A DNA stretch of 64,000 bases from Tubiluchus corallicola (lineage: Eukaryota > Animalia > Priapulida). Both the position numbers and the translations under genes were made by a program. The stretch's first letter is position 1. Each line of letters opens with the position of its first letter. The notes under the pieces were generated by a model. That model was not told where the DNA came from. It did no database searches and worked only from the letters and a program-made list of their open reading frames with translations. Below are positions 1 through 12,200 of the stretch, one piece after another. The stretch lies in the NCBI GenBank assembly GCA_030141605.1, contig JAQGDQ010000017.1, positions 620,001 through 684,000 of the forward strand. Direction: 5' to 3'.

Positions 1-49
1 TTAAAATTGTTAAATCTTTCTCTTTACTGTTTAAACTTTCACTGGCTTC

Positions 50-1944
50 TAGAGCAATATTTGGAGAAAAAGTATATACGATAAGTGGCACCAGATGAGT
101 TAACAGCAGTTCCCAAATGGTATCTTCCACATTTTGCAGTGGTGCGTCAGGAATTACCAAATTACAAAATGCCAAATGGTCTTTGATGGCTCTACCAAAT
201 GTGATGGAATTTCCTTGAATGATACCGTGCATCAAGAACCAAAATTGCAGCAGGACCTGAATAGCGTTCTACTTCGATTTTGGAAGGAACCAATTGCCTC
301 CGGAAGGAGCTCAACTTGTCACACAGGAACATGCAAGAAAGAATCAAGAGAAATTTCCAATAGCTGCAGACACTGTGCTGCATTCAACATACATGGATGA
401 CAGCATGGATTCTGTTCCTACAGTTGAAGATGGAAAGACTTTGTACCATGAACTGTCAGAACTCTGGGCACTAGCTGGCATGTATGCAAGAAAATGGTTG
501 TTGAATTCATCAGAAGTCTTAGCAGAAATACCAGTGGAACGCCTGCAAGAAATAGATTTAGAACATGAGCTGCCAACAACCAGAACTTTGGGTGTCATTT
601 GGAGAGCAAGTCCAGATGTTTTTGCATTTCACATCAACATGCCACCACTTAGCAGAAATACCAGTGGAACGCCTGCAAGAAATAGATTTAGAACATGAGC
701 TGCCAACAACCAAAACTTTGGGTGTCATTTGGAGAGCAAGTCCAGATGTTTTTGCATTTCACATCAACATGCCACCACTCGAATTCAAGATGACAAAGAG
801 AAATGTTCTGAGAAAACTAGCAACAATTTTTGATCCTGCTGGATTTATTTCTAAATTTGTAGTCCGTGGGAAGATATTACTGCAAGAAATTTGGACAGGA
901 GGCTTTGGCTGGGATGACATGATAAATGCTTGTTTGGAGACTGGTTTTTGGCAATGGTTTTTGGAGTTAGGAAAGCTGGAGCTGCTTACAATTCCACGTT
1001 GTCTGCAGATGGATCAGACTCAAATAGTCATCTGTATAGACATCCATACTTTTGCTGATGCTTCACAACAAGCTTATGCTTGCGCTGTTTATGCTCGAAC
1101 ATCGTACATCAATGGCACCGTGGACACCAGGCTAGTAGCATCAAAAACACGAGTTGCTCCCCTAAAAGTTGTCAGTGTACCAAGATTGGAGCTAATGGCA
1201 GCTGTGCTTGGCTTACAACTTAGCTTGTCAACCACAACAACACTGCAAATTTCTATTACCAAGGTGACATTTTGGTCAGACAGCATGGATGTGTTATGGT
1301 GGATACATGGAAGGAGCAGAGCATTCAAGCCATTTGTAGCCAACAGGATTGGAAATATACAAAGTCACACGGATCCCGAACAATGGAGGCATGTGCCAAC
1401 CAAAGAAAATCCTGCTGATTTGGCTTCTGTGCAACTATAGACGAAATTGCAGGGAACTCAATTTGGTTAAAAGGACAAGCATTTCTCAAAAAAGATCCTG
1501 CATTGTGGCCGGCAATGATCGTTAGAAAGCAACAGTCAGCCACAGATGAGATGAAGAAAACTGTGGTTACAACATTTTATACTCAAAAAATGAACTTGGA
1601 AAGACTGCAACCCGAACGGTTTTCATCATGGCTTTCAGTGCTTCCAGACATGTGTTCTTAAGTTCACAGTACACTTATGTATTGTGGAATTGATTGCTAG
1701 ATATATACATATTTTGTACATTTGTCAGCAGTCATGATTCTTTAGGAAAGTTTGTAACTTCCCAAGGTGGGAGAATGTTGGAATGTGTGAGATTAGGTTT
1801 TAATGATTGCTAAGGTCCCTCACATTGATTTCATTCACGTGATTTGTTGCTCAGTGGGCTTATCGTCTCGTTTATTTCTTTGAGTCTAAAAGTAAAATAA
1901 ACCAGTTAACCACCTAGTTTAATGCTTTTATATTCTTTTGCACA
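50..1944 (+). mobile_element. Degenerate BEL/Pao LTR retrotransposon (RT and RNase H fragments, integrase deleted, PPT and probable 3' LTR)
   Basis: Pao RT motifs WYLPHFAV..VFDGS..GISLND..KLQQDL and YMDD. RNase H motifs IHTFADASQQAYAC, SKTRVAPLK..SVPRLEL, FWSDS and WRHVPTKENPADLAS. Frameshifts and internal deletions at about 298 and about 1640. Purine tract AAGGTGGGAGAA (1764-1775) is followed by TGTTG at 1776, AATAAA at 1896 and a candidate CA end at about 1944. Confidence 0.9.
518..777 (+). repeat. 130-bp tandem duplication inside the Pao pol (frameshifting)
   Basis: 518-647 and 648-777 differ at one base, with CT microhomology at the junctions. [21 protein letters not shown] appears in two frames in the ORF track. 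Confidence 0.95.
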
Positions 1945-2175
1945 GAGAAAGGGCAGAGCCATTAAACACGACTGCAAACCTGGCAAAACTGTGCTTTGTT
2001 GGTCCACCTAAGGAACTGTTCAGGTTTGGGATTGGCCCCTGACACTCAGTTCTAATTGTATAAGTTGTCCAGGGTAAAAACAATACATTATCTCCCTGTG
2101 AGGTTGGACGAGGAAACGATGGACATTGAAGGCCCAGAAAAAGTACGGATCGTTCCAAAAAAATCGAGACAGCGG

Positions 2176-2310
2176 ACCCTTACGCAAGATAGCAGAGTTA
2201 TAGCTTTTGTGTCAAAGAGCCTCACAGACACCAAATGCAGATATGCCAACAATGAACATGTATTACTGGCATAGAAATTTTGTGGTAAGCATTTCGACAC
2301 CTACGTTCAC
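2176..2310 (+). mobile_element. Gypsy/Ty3 RNase H fragment
   Basis: Translates LTQDSRVIAFVSKSLTDTKCRYANNEHVLLA*..KHFDTYV, matching the Gypsy RNase H pattern L.Q..RPIAYASKSLT..E.RY...E.ELLA. Confidence 0.65.
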
Positions 2311-2357
2311 ACAATTAATATTTTGTCAACATTTCACAATAGGTTGTAGTCATCGAA

Positions 2358-4930
2358 CAAGGGTGTGCAAACTACAGCCCTCTGAAAGATCTTTCCTGCT
2401 CAGGTGAGGAATCAAGTATCAGGAAGATGTTTCTAGCTAAACTCAGCGCATGATCGCAAAGATAGTGTGGGTAGATCGCATGGCATTAATAGTTTAATGA
2501 TCATGACTTTAATGGCTAGCCCTTACAAGACAGTTGTCACTTAATGTCACTATCAGACATGATGAAATTTTACGATACTTGGAACACAAAAAAAGCGACA
2601 GAACACAGCAAACTATCACTGAACACGCCACTGAAACACTCAAATGTGCAAGAAATGCGAGAAGCAACATAGTAGGTAGATCATTTTCACTTGGTTGTAT
2701 TACAAAATAAATTATAAATATATTTATAAAATAACCTAGTCAAAATGATCTACCTACTATGACCAAGAAGACGAATGGGCCAATCAATTTATAAGTAGCT
2801 AGTAAGCTGAGAAAGTGTACTCAACCAAGGGGATTCACAGATATTAGTTTCTGTTTTGGTTCAGTAGTGGCTGTTTCATCAGTGTAGTGTTCTTATAGAT
2901 CAGTATCATGGATAAGAAAGAGGAAGATTGAAGAAGAACATAGAGTGACAGATGGACAGACGATTATTTTTTCATTGAGCAAAAAGATAAACCGACCTGT
3001 CTTATTTGTGGCGATAATTTTAGTGTGCTCAAAGAATACAACTTGAAGAGGCACTATGAAGCAAAACACTAAGACGGAAAGTTGGAAGGAGATAAGATAG
3101 CGGAGAAAATCAAGAAACTGAGAAGCACCCTTAGTGGTGAGCAATGTATGTTTCAGAAGTTACAAAGGAAAGGGGAAAACACAGTGTGAGCTAGCTATGT
3201 CATTTCGTATCATGTGTATGAAACCATATTCCGACGGCAATTTTGTGAAAGAATGTCTCTGTCATCTGTTTTGTGTCCAGAAAAGGCAAAAGACTTTGAG
3301 AAGATGAGCTTATAATCGATACCATGGCGGAAGATGTACGTGGAACACTGAAAAAGAAAATGAGTAAGTTCATTGCTCAGAGTTTTGCTACAGACGAGAG
3401 CATCGATCGCAAAGATACAGCTCAACTGGCCATGTTTATCAGAGGGGTGAATGAAAGCCTAAATGAGGTTGAAGAATTTATGAAAGGTATGACTACTGGC
3501 GCAGATCTTTTTCTTGAACTTAAGGAGGCATTTAGGCGCTTCAGTCTTGGCTGGAGCACCCTTTCTGGGATGACTACAGATGGCGCACCTGCTATGTCGG
3601 GAGAAAATACAGGCCTTGTGGTACAAATTAAGTCGGAAATGAAAGAGAGAAATCTGAAACCAGAATAACTTGTAGTATGTCATTGAAAAATTCGCCAAGA
3701 AAACTTGGCTGCAAAAGCCCTTGTAAATACGTTAATGGTCCAGTTGTACAAGCTATCAATTTCATCATAGCCAGAGGATTAAACCATCGACTATTCCAAC
3801 AGTTTTTGACGTATTTAGAAGCAGATCATCAGGACTTCATCTGCTTCTCGGAAGTTCGTTGGTTAAGAAACGGGAAGATGGTCAAACGCCTCTTTGATTT
3901 AAAGGAGGAGATAAAACTGTTTCTAGAGCTGAAGGGAAATCCAATGGAAGAACTAGATGATGAGGTGTGGGTGTGTGATATTGGCCTCATCGTAGATGTG
4001 ACGACGCATCTGAACAAACTGAATAATAAGCAACAAAAAAGAGGTCAGTACACAAATGAGATGTACGGACACATCAAGTCATTTCAAAACAAGATGAAAT
4101 TTTGGATACGAGAGATGGAAAACAAATGGCCTTGCTCATTTTTTCACTCTTAGGCAAGATGGATTATGTTGAGGGAAAGCAACAGAATTTCGTAAACAGT
4201 TTTAGAAACTACAGAATGAGTTCCGATCGAGATTTGAATATCTCCAAAAACATGATGATTCCATGAAAATGTTCACCGCGTCCTTCCATGCTGATGGTGT
4301 GCCCTCAGAGCTTCAAATGGAACTGATTGAGTTACAAGAGAGTGAAGATGTGAAAGTATATTTCCAGGATAATTCACATTGGGGACTTCTACAGAAAACA
4401 CTTGAAGGAAAGATTATTTCCTCACCCGCATAAATTCGTCGCAAAAGATATGGCATTGTTTGGTTCGACCTATGTTTGTGAGCAGTTCTTTTCAAGAATG
4501 GGGATTATGAAGTCCCTGTTCCGTTCTGTACTCACTGATGAATACCTGGAGAAAGGTTTGAAAGTGTTGACTTCATCCGTCGATTCAGCCAAATCTGGAC
4601 AAAGTTGTATCGCACAAAAATTGGTACCACGAGTCGAAATAATACAAATTTTACTACACAGACCATGTGATACAATGTACTAATATGCATTGTAATAAAA
4701 TTATCACTATCTGACACGAAAGTTGAATATAAATATTATATAAATTTTAATGATTTCTAGAATAGTTTTCCTTAGTGTACTGTAGTAGAAATCATGCACG
4801 GAGATCGGATGCAAAGAAATCACTATCAGATCCTGCTGTTCTTGGCTCCTTGACCAAACTGCATGCGGCCCGCAGAAATTGTGAAAAAGTTTAATGTGGC
4901 CCGGCGAGTTAGATAATTTGCACACCACTG
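2358..4930 (+). mobile_element. Full-length but decayed hAT (Charlie/SPIN, GTF2IRD2-like) DNA transposon
   Basis: Left TIR CAAGGGTGTGCAAACTA (2358) matches the right TIR (reverse complement CAGTGGTGTGCAAATTA, ends 4930) at 14/17. Degenerate 8-bp TSD TCATCGAA/TCATAGAG. Transposase pieces at about 2908-4600: KRKIEEEH, KEYNLKRHYE, DESID..DTAQLAMFIRG, TTDGAPAM, SEVRWL, FGSTYVCEQFFS. Several frameshifts and stops. Confidence 0.92.
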
Positions 4931-6258
4931 TCATAGAGAAATCACACTTTAACTTGTATGTCATTGACTCATTCATAATCTGTGTGCAGTGTATGCGCCT
5001 ATAATTGTTTTGGTCATAATTTTGCTAATTTTTGTAACCTTAAGTATGGCCCTGCAAAACGATAATTTTTCTACGTTCGTGGACCATTTTAGATAGAAAC
5101 CACATATGCCATTGAAGATTAGTATTGTAATAGTGCATAATACAGTAATCGATGAACATAGAGCTGATACTCATATTCTGAAGAACTAAGTTTGGGAGGC
5201 GAGGGTGATTCCTTGGGAGATGCAGCCAACATAGTAGCTCAACGTGGTAAACATTTCGTTTTTTGCCAAGCAGCTACAGCTAGGCCGGCTTTATCTCATG
5301 GAAAACCAAATGGGATGAACACTTTGAGTTATCAAGTGTTAGTTCTTTGCCAGAAACTCAATATAGAGAGCAGCATAACGCACTTGTGATTAACGTAACC
5401 GACAAAACCTTAAAGGTTATTCCGAACTTTACATACCTGATGCGGACAAACAAAATATCACCCATATGCTCAAAGAGTTACAACACCATACATGAGGCAA
5501 AATTAATTGCTGATGTCAGAAGAAAGAGACAGCCAAGATTTGCACACTGAAAAGAATGGCTGAACAACAGATTAATGCCACGTGTCATTGCACAGTAGAG
5601 ATACAGGGTTAATATTCCCTGTGAAATACCAGATTATCTAAATAATTAATTAACCAAAAATGTATTTTAGTTGTAGTTTGGCCATTCCATTCATTGAGGC
5701 TGTGTGCAAAAAGTTAGGTATTAAATTTTGATGACACATCTAAAAAAAGTCAGTGTATTTTTAAATAATTTATAGCAGACAAATGAAATCTTGTGAAGAT
5801 TTTACTGCACAAAGCTGTACTTATTTTGTAGAATATGCAACAAAATTGATTAGGCATTTTAGGATGAGGTGGAAACCCTTACCAGAAATCCCTATTATTC
5901 TGTGACAGACAGAATAGCATCAGTGTTACCGTTGGCAGTAATCCCTGGACCGAGAAAGGTCAATGTAATGACTATTATCCAAGCAGCAATGACAATAAAA
6001 ATCACTATCATAATTGTTATGCCAATTAAAACATTTGTCAACGTTGCAAGTTTACAAATTTGCAGAATGTTGTGCATTTTATCACAAATGACAAGCTAAC
6101 ACCTACATAACACATGAGCAGTTTGAATGCTGTGCCAGCAGCAAAGGTTTGTTTTAAAAAGGATTATTACTGCTGTTACATTGAGAGATTGTAAAGGCAC
6201 TTAATTTGCTAGAAATATGTGAAAAGTCTATAGCATCTCAAGATCTAATGCTAATGCG

Positions 6259-9200
6259 TTACTCTAAAACCTCTTCAGCTGTTTGTTCCGACTCCTCCAA
6301 AGGCAAGACGCTGTAAACGCGATTCAACTTGTGAAAAGCTCTAGAAGAAACGAATGAGGATTTGATGCCGCATCCCAGAGATTGTTCTTTAATGAGAGCC
6401 TGAGCGACAAACCGATTTACTGGAGCTATGTCTTCGAAATTGACATACTCTTCCAACTGAAATAAAAAACAGGAAAAAAGTTGGATAGCTTTGTTAGCAA
6501 ATTAGAATGTATACACAGATAATATCTTTATTTAAATGTAAAACAAATGTCAAGACTGTTTAAGATCGCTACCATACATAAGATTGAACATTGTAATTGC
6601 AGTGAAACAACATAGAATAAACAGTGACACTTGTGTAACAACAAACAGCAAACTATGTAAAACTCGATTTGGTACAACTCAAATTCTTGTGTACCCCGTA
6701 TTTTCCATTTCGTTTTTCCCTTTGCCAAACATTCGTAACTCAAAATCTGTAACTTCAACCGAATTCCTGTTACAATTCTTAAGAATCTGATTGATAACCT
6801 CGCCTATCTTGAACAGCTTCTCAAACGAGAAGTCGTATGCAAGGATGCGCCACATTATGATTTTTTATTGCTAATTTATGGCTAAAAATGCCAAGATTTC
6901 TTGTACTATCTTAGCAGAACACAGCACACAACGCGAACATTGGCTTAATGTAGACCACAATATTATTACTGCCGAATTCTATTAACCATGCTACTCAGAC
7001 TACAATAGAGGTACACCAGTCATTTTATTTTTGATTATTCATAAACATTGTTATTTGACATTTGATTAAAGGGTCAGGTGGTCATTTTCACAGGCTGTTA
7101 TGTATTGTCCAATGTTGATGAGCGACTCAATCTTGTTTTCTTACGAACTTGTCTAACTCGTACCTTCGCATATCTCCAACAAATTTTCTGCTTCCGAGGT
7201 GTTCGAGTTTATGTAGGTTACTGTATTATTATGTTGTGATAAGCAAGTCGGCAATTTAACCAACTAATGAAAACACACGTGTGTTGACAACAGACTAAAA
7301 AACCTTCAAGTTCTAAAGCTGAAATTGAAGATATGCAACAAAAATCTGCCCTATAGCCAGGACCGGATTATGATCTTCGGGGCTTCTAGGCTAATGAAAT
7401 TATGGGGCCACCTCAGACGAAGCCACCCTCCAATTTGCTCACACTGGTCTCGAGTATTTTTTACTTGTGATATATTTTAGTAACATTTGCATAGATCTCA
7501 AACAGAGATCCCTTATCTCAGATGAGGAGCCTCTTTAAAATTAGATTTTCAGACTTGCTTGACTCCTTTTTTAAAGTCAGCAATGCAAAGTAATGCTCCC
7601 CCACCCCCCAAAGTTTGAGGCCCTAGGCTGGAGCCTATAGGGTAATCGAGCCCTGCCTATAGCTTATATATATGACTCACCTCAATCCAACGTGCATCTG
7701 AGATTTCCTGTGTTTGTCTTTTGATATGTTCCTCATGATGCATTGGCTTCATGTGGCAGACAAAGTAAATATCAGAGCAAGTGAACCTGTAATCGTGCAA
7801 ATGCCGGAATGCGATGACAGACAAGAACTCTGTGTGTATACCTGTCTCTTCCAACACTTCTCTTTGCACGGCTTCAGGTAATCCTTCACCTATAACAATT
7901 GAACACGGTGAAGAATTTCTATCTCTCAACAAACTCACCTGGAAAATTTAAATGACCTTAAATGTGTATGGACTCAGAGTTACAAATATTGCCACAGGAA
8001 GCTCAAATTTTTTTTATCCATTGTTACGGTGGTTTATGCACAATGCAATGAACATTGTAACTGTAACAAGTTCTTCTATATAATCAGACATTATCTGTAT
8101 AGAACAGTGATTCCCAACCTTTTGTTGATGGCGACCCCTTTCAGTACCCCGCATCATATCGCGACCCCATAAAGAACATAATCGGATGTTATACTATTAA
8201 ACATCAATATTGTTTGCATTTATTAATTTTAACTCACTATTCAGCAAATTATTGAACAAGGAGTAATTGTTTCATTAATTCATTCATGTGAAGGTTGCAC
8301 CTGTTTCTCAGCGATCAGTAATGCAACAGCAATAGGTATTCAAGGTAAAATGAATAGCGACACTCTTTTGGGTGGTGTGCACTGTACGCAAGTGTACAGC
8401 ATGGAAAAATGTGTGTTTTCATTTTTCCGGAAAATCAAGCAATAATATACTGCATTTAGAGCGGGTGAAACCCAGTTTCACATTCCAGAACAAATTGATG
8501 TCATGAGAGACGGAGGAGACAAGACCTACTTACATACATTTCGTGAAAACAGCATTTTTTAAAAATAACTTTTGGACTAGCCCGCGACCCCAAGGTTGGG
8601 AACCCATATTGTAGAATATACAGTACCCGATTACGCCAATGATTTCAATGATTAATCAGGCATCCAGTTTAACCGGTAAAAAAACCATAACCACGGCATA
8701 AGCATCTAACAGATAAAATACATTTGTACACGATTTATCCGTAAATGATGGTGATATGACGTCACCGAGTTACACGTTAACACTACCACCAATATAATAC
8801 ACAGTAGTCAGTTTTTTTAGCAAATTTGATTTTAATTTAGAGTTTAACAATGCCTTTATTTGATGAATGCAACACGTTTTGGTATCATAATGCCTTGATT
8901 AATTTTAGATCCCTGGTGAAGACATTATGATGCTGAAAAGTGTTGGACCCAGAAAAATAAAGGCATTGTTAAACGTTCAATTATTGTCGCCTACCGATGA
9001 AATTATGTAACTTGGTTTCCTCAAAAAAATTTAGTAATTTTGTAAAAGTACTTTTATTACATTTGCAAACTGAAATGAGAACATTAGCAAATTTATATAT
9101 AGTCAAACCTCTTTATATTGCCTACTTTGGGACTGCAAGAAAAGTTGGTGTTGTAATGAGGTACATTAATACATTCATGTCTATAGATAGCAAATATAGA

Positions 9201-12200
9201 CATTTTGTTGTGCTAGATATTTGGGCATTAAGCGAGGCTGGCATTATAAGGGGGGGGGGCACTATAACGAGGCATTATTGTAATAGTGCTGACATAAGTG
9301 CTTTCTAGTAAACATCTTAATTACATACTTAATTACATACATAATTACTTAATTACCTTCCATGATGAATTCTGCACTAGTAAAATAGTCAACCTCAGAT
9401 ATAAGGGACATCTCGGGACCGGAAAAAAACCGTCTCTTATATCCGATGTCCTTATAGCCAAAGTTGAGTCAGACCGAGGGTGCATCTAGATCTGTACTTT
9501 TACCCACATTTTTATGGATTATTGCCACACATTCAGTGCAGACGATATCCTTCAGTGATGCGAGATGTATGTGACCGAGGAAACCGACCTTTTCGAAGGC
9601 CGAGTTTGCAAAAGTTAGGGCTAAAAATCAATCAATTTCGCTTTGATTATCGAATCCCTTGTATGCGAGGTACTTTACCTGGGTTTCTACTACGAGGGAC
9701 CTGAAGATATCGTCCCTTATAACTGAAAGTCCCTTATATCCGAGTACCTTATATATGAAGATTTTTACATAGGAAAAACAATACAAAAAATCGGGACCGG
9801 TGCTGGTTGTCCCTTATAACCGAGTACCTTATACCCAAGGTTGACTGTAACAGCATCAAAACATGGGAGGTGACATGAATCAATGCTAAGAATACACTTA
9901 CCTATCTCGACAAGTCCACCTGGTAGTTTCCAGTGAGGCTTCTTCATAAATCTCTCTTTCAAAACCAGAATCTTATTGTTTTCATCGATGACCAGACCTC
10001 CAACGCCTGAAATTAGTATGCAACATGAATATAAATCAATAATCTTTTTTACAGTTTCCGCATGCGCAGCTGCTGTACCTAGTATGTCTTGCTTAACTAC
10101 AGCCATCACATTACCTTATGTGCGTAACTACGTAGGTGAAACGGATGAAACATGTGGTTATATTTATTATGCACTACATGCGTAATTATTGCTTATAGTT
10201 TTAAATCAACGTATTATTCTTATTAGAAAGCAACTAGCAAAATAGCAACAGGAATCCATGTAAATTAAAATAACTGAAGCCAAAATTAACACCGAGAACT
10301 GTTCCTATTACAATAGCGTGGGCTTCGCAGTGTTGTCAAGTGTAAACAAATGCCTTGTTTGGTACAGATAACGTTGTTAGGTTCACTTAACATTTGACCT
10401 TTTCACGATCATCATCAATTGCTGGTACTGTGAAAAGGCTTATTAGAATCACATCAGGGAGCAAGGGAGTTTTCCAACTTTATTTAGAAATGAGACTTCA
10501 TAACACACTAATATAAAACTTTTGTTGGACGTTTTGGAACACATTTTGATAAAATGAACTAATTTTAATTTTAATACCATCCAAGATTCTTTAGATTATA
10601 AGTGATATGTGAAGAAATCTTGGATGAAATTAAAACATGTTTCCATCAGCTATTAGAAGCTGTTAAAGCTTTCAGTAAGTTTCTTATATACAACTACTGT
10701 ACTTGTATTATAAACTTTCTTTTCTTATGAAAGTTATAGCAGCTTTCCAAAAAATCCAGCTTTGTCGTGTCATCGGATGATACTGCTTTTTAGTTCTTAC
10801 TATAACTCATAACTTATGGTAAGTATTAGTAGTATAATTCATCAGTTCGATTAGTATTGCATACACAACATCTAAATTCTACACACTAAACTTGTCGATT
10901 GTGTCCATTTCACATATCGTCGTTAAACTTCTTAAAACGCACCATTTGCAGTCTTCAGAGTAATTTAAACTGCAATTATTAACAAAAAGTTTGAGAATAC
11001 CAATATAGGTGTGTGCATAAGCTGGGAGATTATTCTTCTCTACGTCTGGTAGCCATTTTGTCATCATTACGTAACCGGGTTGAGCATGATGAAATTCGAA
11101 ACCACTCTGAAAATAAAAGGAGTGAATCATTATTTTTGTGCAACTTCAAATCTTTACGATGATTAACAATTCGAAATTTAATCATGTCTGTATTAACATA
11201 GAAATGTATGTATTGATGCACCGCCTTATTATAATGCCAACTTTTTAGCAGTCTCAAAGTAGACGGTGTAAAGAAATTTGACTGTACGTAGTTTTTATGA
11301 CTGTATGCCACATGGCTCAAAATATATGCTTTTCTTTTGTTTTCCTGACTCAACTTCTAGCATTTGAAATAAATGCTAAAGTTAGAATAAACTAAATTTA
11401 ATAGATCATATCTGCACTATATACAGTACACGTACAGTCACTATGCTGCCTTCAGTCAAACTGTAAGTTTCACATATTTCATGTTACAATAAACGACCAT
11501 ATAGTAATACTGTACACGAGTTTCCAAAAGTTCTGCTGATTCTCACAAAGTAGCACACAAGCAATTCACCTACTCAACCAGAAATGACAGAACTTGTCTT
11601 AAGCAGACATTAGCCACAGTGTCATCATCAGAGTGGCAGCTCATGCACAGGTACTGAGGAACTCCAGCACCGCCTATTTTCACTCAATATTATCGATAAT
11701 ATTCAGTATAGTAAGTCTTTTTTCATTAGTTCTTTCTTTATACTTGTACAGAACTAGAGCACGTGAGGGTAGTACTGTTTGCTTCACAGCCCAGCACAGT
11801 GTGTTCCAGCAACGCGGTGTTTTGTTGTTGTATGCACGTCTGAGCCCAGGTAGAGAAAGTACTGTTTGTTGTCAGTTGTCACGTGCTTAAAAACCGTACA
11901 CTTGAACTGTGGCAATTTAAGCTACTTGTAAGCAAAAAAGGATTTTATCTAGTTTATGTATAAATTTTTGTATGTTTGTTTGTTTAAAATCAAAATTACA
12001 GTATTGAAATTACTTACGTTTGTTTCGTTTTACACAATATTAAAACAATGGCTAAAAATTTTCTGAGGCAGCACTCCCACTAATTTTAACTACGGTCTGT
12101 CATTGATTAGTCAGGCTCCAGATAAAAGGAATGATGCACTTGCCTATAATTTTCATGAAGAGTAATGTATCCACGTTCCTGGCAAAAAACTACAGGCTAG

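Noticed and set aside
5869-6099. Hydrophobic small ORFs on both strands
   Set aside because: They lie in the presumed NUDT6 3' UTR, with AT-rich codon bias and no splice or family support.
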